A stretch of DNA of 64,000 bases from Rhodoluna sp. (GCA_026393335.1 JAPLAJ010000053.1:13521-77520); one strand, 5' to 3'. Shown: positions 46,953 to 55,452, counted from the first letter of the stretch. Notes: generated by a model from the letters alone, not told the origin. Numbers and translations: made by a program.

Positions 46953-47197
46953 GGAAATCCCCCATAGTAGAAACGAACAATAAAAAAGACTCTACTGCCC
47001 ACCACCGACAAAGTATCCCCATTTGGCAACTTATGTCCAATCGGTGTGTCTTTATTGACATAGTTCCTATTTGAGCACAAACGTACCAAAAAGGGATTTC
47101 AAATATCAGTCCGTGTTTCTATACTTTGTCGCTCAGCCCAATAGTTAACCCAGACAAAGACGTAATCAAAAGATGTAACCGCCTTGTTTGCAAGTCT

Positions 47198-48112
47198 TTA
47201 AAGACCTGAATAAACGTGTAATCCCTTGAAGTACATATTTACGATGGTGAAGTTGAAGATGATGGCTGTGAAACCTATGAGGGTTAGCCATGCTGCTCGC
47301 TTGCCTTCCCAGCCTCTTGTTGTAGTGGCGTGAAGGTAGGCAGCGTAAATAGTCCAGATGATGAAGGTCCATACCTCTTTAGTGTCCCAACCCCAGAAGC
47401 GGTGCCAGGCTTTATCAGCCCAAATAGCTCCTGCGATAAGGGTGAATGACCAGAGAATGAAACCAATGATGTTGAACTGGTAGTAAGTGCGCTCTAGCTT
47501 TTCAACCTTAGGGAAAACCTTTAGTTGCTTCTTTAGAGCTTTTACACCTTTGAGCTTTGAGTTATTGATCCACTTGCTCTCTTTGAGAATGTGGATCAAC
47601 GCAAGCGTTGCTGCAATGGTGAAGAAAGCTGTTGCAAGAATTGCAACGCTTACGTGGATTACTAACCAGTAATCCTGCAGAGCTGGAAGAAGAGATTCAA
47701 CCTGGACATAGAACAATGTGTTGGCTGAACCAATGATTAGAACTACAAATCCTGCTACGAAAGAAGAGATGAACTTAATGTCTTTGAAGAGCAGTGAGAG
47801 TAAGTAAATGGATGTAACTACAAAAGCACCTGAGATTGAGAACTCATACATGTTTGCCCATGGCACACGGTTCGCAGCGATACCTCTAGTTAGAACCCCA
47901 ATACCGTTAGCTACAACACCAAGAGTGAAGAGAGTAAGACCGATGGTGTCTAAACGATTAGCAAAGGCGCCTTTCTTTCCTTTTGCTCCTGCTCTCTTGG
48001 TTAGAGCCCAGGTTAGAACAATGAATGCAAATGAATAGAAGGTCAAACCGATCAAGACAATAAATCTTGACAGGGTAGCAAGCTCTGGGTTCAGTGCAAT
48101 CTCTGGTGTCAT
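47198..48112 (-). CDS. ccsA: Cytochrome c biogenesis protein CcsA/ResC (System II)
   Basis: It carries the Trp-rich heme-handling motif WHRFWGWDTKEVW and has multiple TM helices. It follows resB. Confidence 0.9.
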   Translation of the reverse strand: MTPEIALNPELATLSRFIVLIGLTFYSFAFIVLTWALTKRAGAKGKKGAFANRLDTIGLTLFTLGVVANGIGVLTRGIAANRVPWANMYEFSISGAFVVTSIYLLSLLFKDIKFISSFVAGFVVLIIGSANTLFYVQVESLLPALQDYWLVIHVSVAILATAFFTIAATLALIHILKESKWINNSKLKGVKALKKQLKVFPKVEKLERTYYQFNIIGFILWSFTLIAGAIWADKAWHRFWGWDTKEVWTFIIWTIYAAYLHATTTRGWEGKRAAWLTLIGFTAIIFNFTIVNMYFKGLHVYSGL

Positions 48113-49668
48113 TTACTCTTCTTCTTTAGTGATTTAGCGATGTCCTTCACTAGGTTATCTAGTGATTTATCTTTTGATTTAGCAAGAGCTCCAACTTCAA
48201 CTCCAGCCTTAGAAACCTTTACCCATACTCTTCTGCGAGGAATGATGAGCATTAAGACTAAGCCAAACAAGGTAGTCAGAGCAAAGAACAACACCCAGAT
48301 ATCCAGTGGGTTAAATGTAATGTCTAACGAAGCAAATCTCTTTAGTCCTTTGAACTCGACTGTTCCAAGATCTCCTGGCAGCTCAACAGTTTCCCCTATT
48401 GCAAGTCTTAGGGCCTTGACTCCACTCTTACCACCAGCAACCTGCTTCATGGCGTGAACATCAAGCTTGTATGCATTTACTGCCATGCCACTATCTAGGC
48501 CGAGGTTTCCGACATAGACGTTCATGGTCATTAGTGGATCCCATGGATAAGGATGGTTCGAGGTTAGGGCTCCAGTTTCGAGCTTGGCAACTGTTGGATA
48601 GAAGAAAGCAAGTATTCCAAACTGCTCTGGATTTGCATCTGGAACTTTGATAGCTCCGAGAGATGTCAGGTTTGAATCCTGTGGCAAGAAAACAACTGGG
48701 CCACTAAAGGAAACGATTCCATCTTTATCTCTCACAACTATTACTGGAGCAAAGCCATTGCCGGTGATATAAACCTTTGCTCCAGGAAGATGCAGTGGCT
48801 CGTTCACTCTGATTTGTGATTTCACAACTGGACTGGCTGGTGTCTCTTTTGAAGAAACTTTCGCAATGAAATCCATCGGCTTACCGTAGTTAGCAGGGTT
48901 CTTATAGTCATAGGTTGTGCTGAAGGAATCTAACCTCAGGCTAAAAGGTTCCATGCTGCTTTTATCGAAAAGTAACCCTGGGGCAAAGAAGTCGTAGGAG
49001 GCTTCGTTGTTTACCAAAGTGTCGCCTTCAACTAAGACTCTCTGCCCTTGGTAACTAAGGCCTCCACCTAATCCAACTGTTATCAAAACTCCAATAAGAG
49101 AGATGTGGAAGAAGAGGTTGCCTGTTTCTCTGAGGTAACCTTTCTCAGCTCTAATTCCAGTCTTGGTTGAAACAATTCTGAACTTTTTACTCTTTAGTAA
49201 CTCAATTGCCTTCTTTAGATTGGCATCTGATTGATCTAACTTCTTGTATGCAGGAAGTCTTGAAAGATTAGTTGGTGCCTCTGGCGGATCTGCACTTAGT
49301 GCTTTGTAATGCACTCCAACTCTAGGTAGCACACAACCAATCAAAGAGATGAAAAGCAGTATGTATATGGAGGAGAACCAGGTTGATGAATAAACATCGA
49401 ATAACTGGAAGTTATCTAACCAAGCGGCAAGGTCTGGATTGTTCTTGAAGTAAAGAACAACTCCGTTAGGGTCAGCACTTCTTTGTGGAAAGACTGAACC
49501 AGGAATCGATGCTAAGGCTAAGAACAATAAGAGGTATAGAGCAATCTTCATGCTGGTTAGCTGACGCCATAGCCATCTGCCCCAAGACTTCAAAGACAGA
49601 TCGGGTGCTTCAATAGGTTCGTTGTATTCCTTACGAACCTTGTATTTAGATTGCTGGGATGAAACCAC
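48109..49668 (-). CDS. resB: Cytochrome c biogenesis protein ResB/CcsB
   Basis: The 519-aa product begins LWRQLTSMKIALYLLLFLALASIPGSVFPQR, the typical ResB start. It has a large extracytoplasmic domain. Confidence 0.9.
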   Translation of the reverse strand: MVSSQQSKYKVRKEYNEPIEAPDLSLKSWGRWLWRQLTSMKIALYLLLFLALASIPGSVFPQRSADPNGVVLYFKNNPDLAAWLDNFQLFDVYSSTWFSSIYILLFISLIGCVLPRVGVHYKALSADPPEAPTNLSRLPAYKKLDQSDANLKKAIELLKSKKFRIVSTKTGIRAEKGYLRETGNLFFHISLIGVLITVGLGGGLSYQGQRVLVEGDTLVNNEASYDFFAPGLLFDKSSMEPFSLRLDSFSTTYDYKNPANYGKPMDFIAKVSSKETPASPVVKSQIRVNEPLHLPGAKVYITGNGFAPVIVVRDKDGIVSFSGPVVFLPQDSNLTSLGAIKVPDANPEQFGILAFFYPTVAKLETGALTSNHPYPWDPLMTMNVYVGNLGLDSGMAVNAYKLDVHAMKQVAGGKSGVKALRLAIGETVELPGDLGTVEFKGLKRFASLDITFNPLDIWVLFFALTTLFGLVLMLIIPRRRVWVKVSKAGVEVGALAKSKDKSLDNLVKDIAKSLKKKSK

Positions 49669-50368
49669 CGGTCACCTCCGCAATGAAATCAATTACTTGC
49701 TGCCATAAACCAGTGAGCAGCAAAAGACCAAGAACAATCAACATCACGCCACCGGTTAGGTTTATTGCTCTAATGTTCTTCTTCACAAATCCAATTGACT
49801 TAGTTGCCCAACTAAATCCTGCAGCAGCCAATACAAAAGGAAGACCTAAGCCAAGAGAGTAAACAACTGCAAGGAATGCTCCTCTTGAAACAGAACCAGT
49901 ATCAAAAGCAAGGTTTAGTACTGCACCTAATGTCGGGCCAATACAAGGTGTCCAACCTAAACCAAAGACCACTCCTAGTAGTGGAGCTCCAACTAAACCA
50001 GCACTTGGTTTGATGTTTAGTTTCTTTGTTCTTTGAGCGAAATCAAAACCACCAATAAGAACAATTCCTAAAACAAGAACTAGAACACCAGATCCTCTTT
50101 GAATCCAGTTCTTTACTTCCCCAGAGAAGATTGAACCTAACCCACCAAAGCCAGCACCCAGTGCAACAAAGACTGCACTAAAGCCGGCAACAAACAATAA
50201 CGAACCAACTACCATTCTTGATTTGGTGTTTGCTGATCCTGAAACGATTCCAAGATAGGCAGGTAGTAGTGGCAATACGCAAGGACTAAAGAACGAAACC
50301 AGACCAGCAAGCAAAGCTATGGGTGCAGCTACCCATAGTGGTCCAACGGTTATTGCTTCAAAATTCAC
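49646..50368 (-). CDS. ccdA: Cytochrome c biogenesis thiol-reductant transporter CcdA
   Basis: The conserved Cys motifs FSPCVLPLLP and WTPCIGP are present. Six TM helices are predicted by eye. Confidence 0.9.
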   Translation of the reverse strand: MNFEAITVGPLWVAAPIALLAGLVSFFSPCVLPLLPAYLGIVSGSANTKSRMVVGSLLFVAGFSAVFVALGAGFGGLGSIFSGEVKNWIQRGSGVLVLVLGIVLIGGFDFAQRTKKLNIKPSAGLVGAPLLGVVFGLGWTPCIGPTLGAVLNLAFDTGSVSRGAFLAVVYSLGLGLPFVLAAAGFSWATKSIGFVKKNIRAINLTGGVMLIVLGLLLLTGLWQQVIDFIAEVTGGFIPAI

Positions 50369-50937
50369 TGCTGCTCAACTTCTGCATAAACAGTTTTGAT
50401 CAGGGCTTTAAGTGTCGCCTTCTCTGCAACACCAAGTATTCGTGCAGCAGGTCTACCCTGCCTATCGATAACTAAAGTTGTTGGAACTGCCGATGGAGTT
50501 ACCACTCCTGTGAAGGCTAGAACAACATCACCAGATTCTGCGTCCATGATGCTTGGGAAGTTAACTTTGAAAGATCTCTTGAACGCATTAGCAGTGTCAG
50601 CAGTGTCTCTAACGTTCACTCCAACAAACTGAACTTTGCCTTCATACTCTTCAGCCAGTTCAACAATATCTGGCATTTCAACTCGACAAGCTGCGCATGC
50701 TGCGTACCAGAAGTTGATTACTGTAACAACACCTTGAAGATTGTTTGAGCTAAGTGGCAAACCATCATTAGCGATGCCGCTCCAACTAACTGAAGCTGTT
50801 CTGTTCATTGGCTTGATTTCAGTTACAGTTCCATCACCTGATTGGTAGGTGGTGTTCATGGAAGGTGTTTCAGTGCAGGCAGATAAGGATGTCACGGCAA
50901 TTATTGCCCCTAAAAGAACTGCAACGACTCTTCTCAA
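50365..50937 (-). CDS. resA: TlpA/ResA-family thiol-disulfide oxidoreductase (lipoprotein-type signal)
   Basis: It has an LSAC lipobox and the thioredoxin CxxC motif WYAACAACRVE. Confidence 0.85.
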   Translation of the reverse strand: MRRVVAVLLGAIIAVTSLSACTETPSMNTTYQSGDGTVTEIKPMNRTASVSWSGIANDGLPLSSNNLQGVVTVINFWYAACAACRVEMPDIVELAEEYEGKVQFVGVNVRDTADTANAFKRSFKVNFPSIMDAESGDVVLAFTGVVTPSAVPTTLVIDRQGRPAARILGVAEKATLKALIKTVYAEVEQQ

Positions 50938-51569
50938 ACTGCACCTTTATCTATTGAAGCTAAGTTAGCTGCTGGATCTAGGTAACCAACTTCAACTAAC
51001 TTGCCGTCATGTATTTCAAATGTTGTGATGCTTGACAGTGCACATCTTCTCTTACGTGGATCATGCATGAGCTTCTTGCCGTTAGCACTTAGGTGCATTA
51101 CCCAGATAGGAAGTTGGTGTGTAACTAGAACAACATCACCGTCTAATACTGAATCAGCGGCCTGAATAATTGCTGAATGCATACGAGCAATAATCTCTTT
51201 GAAAGACTCCCCCCAAGCTGGCTTAGCTGGGTTTCTAAAGTGCCACCACCACTGTGGCTTGGTGGCAATAGCTTTAGCACTTAGCTTTCTACCTTCAAAT
51301 ACATTATGTGGCTCGATGAGCTTCTCGTCGATCTTGGCATCAATCCCAAAGATTTCCTCAATAGGTCTTGCAGACTCTTGAGCCCTAACTAGTGGAGAGC
51401 AGTAAATAGCAGTGACAGCTGGGGCCATTGTCTTTAGTTGCTCAGCTGTCTCTTTAGCCATAGCGTGGCCTGTTTCAGAGAGGTGGAAGTTGGGAAGTCT
51501 GCCGTATAGAACGCCACCGGGGTTATAAACCTCGCCATGGCGGACTAGATGAATACGTTTAGCAGGCAT
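50934..51569 (-). CDS. Histidine phosphatase (phosphoglycerate mutase) family protein
   Basis: The RHG motif is present (IHLVRHGEVYNP). It occupies the same position as mycobacterial Rv0525. Confidence 0.85.
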   Translation of the reverse strand: MPAKRIHLVRHGEVYNPGGVLYGRLPNFHLSETGHAMAKETAEQLKTMAPAVTAIYCSPLVRAQESARPIEEIFGIDAKIDEKLIEPHNVFEGRKLSAKAIATKPQWWWHFRNPAKPAWGESFKEIIARMHSAIIQAADSVLDGDVVLVTHQLPIWVMHLSANGKKLMHDPRKRRCALSSITTFEIHDGKLVEVGYLDPAANLASIDKGAV

Positions 51570-51634
51570 GGCATCAAGTCTATCGCCCGCTAAACTTGGG
51601 GTTTAGGCGAGATAAACACAAGGGACAAATAATC

Positions 51635-52942
51635 ATGCGCGAACGCATCCTGGTCAAAGATTTAGCACAAAGTGAAGATGGCCCAGTAGTCATCGGTGGC
51701 TGGGTTGAGACCCTTAGAGACCAAAAGCGAATCCAATTCATCGTTCTTAGAGATGAAACAGGCTCTGTTCAGGTCACCTACCCAAGAAGAGAAGAAGTTG
51801 ACGCTCTAGCCGACACTGTCTCTACCCTTACCTCAGGAAGCTTCGTCTGGGTAACCGGTCGTCTAGTTCACGATGAGAGAGTAAAGCTAGGTGGCATTGA
51901 GATCCAGCTTGATGGTTTAGAGGTAGTTACTCTAGCTGACCCTGAAACCCCTATTGCTGAAGACTCAGGTATTGATAAGCGTTTGGACTGGAGATTCATT
52001 GATCTTCGTCGTCCTGAGATGAACCTAGTGTTTAGAGTTCAGACCACTATTGAGCATGCCTGGAGAACATACTGGGTAAACAATGGCTTTATCGAGATTC
52101 ACTCACCTAAGTTGATGAGCTCACCTTCAGAGTCTCATGCAGAACTATTCAAGATGGAATACTTCGAGACTGTTGCATACCTTGCTCAATCTCCTCAGTT
52201 CTATAAGCAGATGGCAATGATGGCTGGTTTCGGTCGCATCTTTGAAATTGGCCCTGTGTTCAGAGCAGACCCTTCTTTCACCTCACGTCACGCAACTGAG
52301 TTCACCTCAGTTGACATGGAAGTTTCATACATTGAATCTCACGAAGACATCATGAAGATTCAAGAAGACCTTATGGTTGCTGCCATCACTGCTGTGAAAG
52401 AACAGCACGGGGAAGAAATCAAGAGACTCTTCGATGTTGATGTTGTTATCCCAACAACGCCATTCCCACGTATTCCACTAGCTGAAGCAATCGACATTGT
52501 TGCTAAGCGTGGTCACGAGATTACTCGTGGTGGGGATATGGACCCAGAAGGTGAAAGACAGATTGCAGCTCACGTTGCTGAAACCTACAACCACGAGTTC
52601 GTCTTCCTAACTGATTACCCATCTTCAGTGCGTCCGTTCTATCACATGCGTCACGCTGATAACCAGAACCTAACTAACAGCTATGACCTAATCTGGCGTG
52701 GAACTGAGATCACCACAGGTGCTCAACGTGAACACAGACTAGAAGTTCTAATCGAACAGGCTAAGTCAAAGGGTCTAGACCCAGCTGGTCTTCAGTCATA
52801 CATGGACTTCTTCAAGTACGGTGCTCCATCACACGGTGGATTCGGTATGGGTCTACTAAGAGTTGTAATGCTTCTTCTTCACGAAACAAACATTCGCGAA
52901 GTTGGCTACCTGTTCCGTGGACCTAACCGCCTAGAGCCATAA
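51635..52942 (+). CDS. aspS: Aspartate-tRNA ligase, archaeal/type-2 architecture (about 435 aa). The start is revised to ATG 51635.
   Basis: The product has an OB-fold N-terminus. It carries the class IIb motifs LAQSPQFYKQ, FEIGPVFRADPSFTSRHATEFTSVDME and GAPSHGGFGMGLLRVVM. It lacks the large insertion domain of bacterial-type AspRS. Confidence 0.85.
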   Translation: MRERILVKDLAQSEDGPVVIGGWVETLRDQKRIQFIVLRDETGSVQVTYPRREEVDALADTVSTLTSGSFVWVTGRLVHDERVKLGGIEIQLDGLEVVTLADPETPIAEDSGIDKRLDWRFIDLRRPEMNLVFRVQTTIEHAWRTYWVNNGFIEIHSPKLMSSPSESHAELFKMEYFETVAYLAQSPQFYKQMAMMAGFGRIFEIGPVFRADPSFTSRHATEFTSVDMEVSYIESHEDIMKIQEDLMVAAITAVKEQHGEEIKRLFDVDVVIPTTPFPRIPLAEAIDIVAKRGHEITRGGDMDPEGERQIAAHVAETYNHEFVFLTDYPSSVRPFYHMRHADNQNLTNSYDLIWRGTEITTGAQREHRLEVLIEQAKSKGLDPAGLQSYMDFFKYGAPSHGGFGMGLLRVVMLLLHETNIREVGYLFRGPNRLEP

Positions 52943-52945
52943 GAC

Positions 52946-53284
52946 ATGTTTGAACGTTCTTCCCAAATACAAGGCGTCAACGCCTCGTATACAGAAGATC
53001 AGCAAGATCAATACAAAGCACAACATGATGCAATAGCTAACGCCATTGCTGAACAGAAACGTAAAGGCTCGCTTTACAACGACGTTGATGTTCAAAAACT
53101 TATTGCCGATCACTACGCATTCATCAAACTGTTCTGGACACCAAACAAGCAGGCCTATAAATCTCTCGCTTTGACATATGTACTGGACCCGGCATTCGAA
53201 GCAGCATATGAGTCGTTCGAGCCGGGTCTTGCTAAATACATCAAGAGTGCGATCGAGATCTGGGCAGATCAGAACTTGGCATAA
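52946..53284 (+). CDS. Stand-alone TipAS antibiotic-recognition-domain protein
   Basis: The 112-aa product contains HYAFIKLFWTPNKQAYKSLALTYVLDPAFEAAYE, typical of the TipAS domain. It starts 4 nt after the aspS stop. Confidence 0.7.
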   Translation: MFERSSQIQGVNASYTEDQQDQYKAQHDAIANAIAEQKRKGSLYNDVDVQKLIADHYAFIKLFWTPNKQAYKSLALTYVLDPAFEAAYESFEPGLAKYIKSAIEIWADQNLA

Positions 53285-53305
53285 CTTGTTGAATAGAAAT
53301 AACTT

Positions 53306-53713
53306 TTAGCCGTCGTGTTTTGACCAATCAAGAACAGCTAAATCTGGAACTCTCCTGAAGTGTTTTATGTTTCTTGTGACTAGCACAGCACCTTGAGAGA
53401 GGGCGTGCCCCGCAATCAATGGATCAATGTTGCCTATCCCCATGCCTTCGCGTGTCAGCTGAACCACTAATTTGCCGGACTGCTCAGAGGCTTGCTTATC
53501 AAAGGGTATTACCTCAATCATCGAAGTAAACAAGCGAAGATTAGCAAGTGATCTTGGGCCTATGTTCTGACTGTTTGCCCCTGCCCAGAGTTCGTGGGCG
53601 ACAATTGATGACATTGCCAGATCCTGAATGCTTGCTAGTTCAAAATTCAAAAGGCTTTCTCGTTGGAATCTCATAATGTCAATGATGGTGCTGGCATCTA
53701 GGTGGTACTTCAT
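53306..53713 (-). CDS. vapC: VapC-family PIN-domain toxin
   Basis: The PIN acidic residues lie in YHLDAST, AHELWAG and IDPLIAGHA, followed by LVTRNIKHF. It overlaps the upstream antitoxin gene by 4 nt. Confidence 0.85.
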   Translation of the reverse strand: MKYHLDASTIIDIMRFQRESLLNFELASIQDLAMSSIVAHELWAGANSQNIGPRSLANLRLFTSMIEVIPFDKQASEQSGKLVVQLTREGMGIGNIDPLIAGHALSQGAVLVTRNIKHFRRVPDLAVLDWSKHDG

Positions 53714-54039
53714 TCGGAATCTCTAAAAAACTCGGCAACTGCTGGATTTATTGTTGGGACAGAAACATCCTTTTCGAATTCCATAGCCTTTATTTCTGCT
53801 CGCTCTTCTTCTGTGAGCGATTTGACCATGGCGATGAACGCCACCTTCATGGCTTCTCTATCCATTGGCTCGATGGTGATAATCCTGGTGACGGGATCGC
53901 AAGAGATTCTCACCTGTTCCGTCTCGATTCTCATGGCTGCGGGTATTCGAATTGCCTGGCTACCTCCGTTCATGAACATCCTGGTAATCACGCTTTCGAT
54001 TGCAGTATCTGGTGCTTTCTGGATCACTTTCTTACTCAT
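53710..54039 (-). CDS. vapB: VapB antitoxin (AbrB/MazE/SpoVT fold)
   Basis: The motif FMNGGSQAIRIPAAMRI is present. It is translationally coupled to vapC. Confidence 0.8.
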   Translation of the reverse strand: MSKKVIQKAPDTAIESVITRMFMNGGSQAIRIPAAMRIETEQVRISCDPVTRIITIEPMDREAMKVAFIAMVKSLTEEERAEIKAMEFEKDVSVPTINPAVAEFFRDSE

Positions 54040-54066
54040 CTCTCTGCCCTCTTTGTCGATTAATCT

Positions 54067-54088
54067 GTATAGACATATCGTATAGACA
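54067..54088 (-). promoter_or_regulatory. Tandem 9-bp direct repeats, candidate VapB operator
   Basis: GTATAGACA-TATC-GTATAGACA (plus strand) lies 28-49 nt upstream of the vapB start. Confidence 0.45.
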
Positions 54089-54100
54089 ATTTTGGAGAAG

Positions 54101-55126
54101 TCAAGAGGTTATTCGCAGGTCCAAACTGTGGAATCTGGAAGGTATGAATTTGTAATCTTCAAGATCAAAGATGATTTCTGAGGTTGGAAGTACTTCCCAA
54201 TCAGAGAATCTTAGGAACCACTCTTCAAGAACAACTCTTGTTTCTAACTGCGCTAGATGCATACCTATGCAAGAGTGTCTGCCGTAACCAAAACCAAGGT
54301 GAGGGTTAGCTCCCCTATCTAGTTTGATTTGTTCCGGATCTTGAATTACTTCCTTGTCTTGGTTTGCTGAAACAAAAGATAGCCAGGCATAAACAGGTTC
54401 AGTTGGGTTAGTTGTTTGTTCTGTATCAATTCTGTGCATCATTGGAAGGGGAGATAAGAACCTAACCATTTCATTTATGAACTCAGGCATACGTTCTGGT
54501 TGAGCCTTTAGGGTTTGTAAATGCTCTTTATTTTTGGCTAGATGCCAGAGAGATCCTGATATAAGTTTCACAACTGTATCTCTACCGCCAGCTAGCACTA
54601 GGTTAGCCATTCCATATTTCTCTTTACGAGTTAGGGTTCTGCCAGCCATTTCAGCCCTATTCAAAATTCCAAACAGGTCTTCGGTTGGCTGCTCATCTAA
54701 TTCATCAAATGCCTTCTTTAGGTATCTATCCAGGTGATCTCCATGACGGATACCATCTTCATCAGTAATCCAGGTATCTGGCCCCCAAGAGAACCACTCC
54801 TGGACATCCTGAGGTCTACCAAAGACAACACCTAAACATTGAACAATCATTTGCAGTGCTAGATCGTGAGTAATCTCAACTTCACTTTCAAAAGAACCAA
54901 TGAGCGCTTTGGCTATCTTTCTGAACTCTGGTTCAAACTGAGCAACGCTGTCTTTACTAAACCATGGGTTCAGTAAAGCTCGCATTTCTGTGTGGTGAGG
55001 AGGGTCGACTTCTAGAGGTAATTGCTTGTAATCTCTAACGTCCTGGTCGCCTTGCAGGTCACTGGAGTATTTCTCATAGTCTCTGGCTGCTGCTCTAACA
55101 TTTGCCGAACCTTTGATGATGTTCAT
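54101..55126 (-). CDS. Cytochrome P450, N-terminally short (341 aa)
   Basis: It has an I-helix (LAGGRDTV), the ExxR motif (EMVRF) and the heme-thiolate loop FGYGRHSCIGMHLA. The ATG overlaps the stop of the upstream Grx-like gene (TAATG). Confidence 0.85.
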   Translation of the reverse strand: MNIIKGSANVRAAARDYEKYSSDLQGDQDVRDYKQLPLEVDPPHHTEMRALLNPWFSKDSVAQFEPEFRKIAKALIGSFESEVEITHDLALQMIVQCLGVVFGRPQDVQEWFSWGPDTWITDEDGIRHGDHLDRYLKKAFDELDEQPTEDLFGILNRAEMAGRTLTRKEKYGMANLVLAGGRDTVVKLISGSLWHLAKNKEHLQTLKAQPERMPEFINEMVRFLSPLPMMHRIDTEQTTNPTEPVYAWLSFVSANQDKEVIQDPEQIKLDRGANPHLGFGYGRHSCIGMHLAQLETRVVLEEWFLRFSDWEVLPTSEIIFDLEDYKFIPSRFHSLDLRITS

Positions 55127-55413
55127 TACCTAACGAACTCCTCTAATGCACCTCTAAGCCTCACTGGATCAATGCGCCAGTAGTTATGGACTTTGCCATT
55201 GATCAGAAGAACTGGCACTTCTTCGGAGTATTTGTTCCATAGGTCTTCATCAACCAAAATGTCATGCTCAACTAGGTTCACCTGGATGTGTCTGGCGACC
55301 CCTGTGTACTCTGCTCTGAAGGCTCCAACGACAGCATTGACTGTGACTCTGGCTTCATCGCATAGATGACAGCCTGATTTGCCTATCAGGGTCAGGTCAA
55401 TGGTTGTGCTCAT
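55126..55413 (-). CDS. Glutaredoxin-like (DUF836/Rv0508-like) thioredoxin-fold protein
   Basis: The 95-aa product contains LIGKSGCHLCDEA (CxxC). Confidence 0.8.
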   Translation of the reverse strand: MSTTIDLTLIGKSGCHLCDEARVTVNAVVGAFRAEYTGVARHIQVNLVEHDILVDEDLWNKYSEEVPVLLINGKVHNYWRIDPVRLRGALEEFVR

Positions 55414-55452
55414 GCCTCAAGATTATTCCAGTTCACTGCCTAGACTAGACAT

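Larger units (their letters stand above)
39557..47197. other. Accessory island (RHS toxin locus) inserted between menC and ccsA
   Basis: Conserved core genes lie on both sides. The content is strain-variable-type (polymorphic toxin plus immunity candidate). By eye the immunity end and flanks are more AT-rich (not computed). No integrase, tRNA or direct repeats are seen at the borders. Confidence 0.7.

Noticed and set aside
53702-54085. A 127-aa plus-strand ORF.
   Set aside because: It is antisense to vapB, and the AbrB-type motif on the minus strand is convincing.
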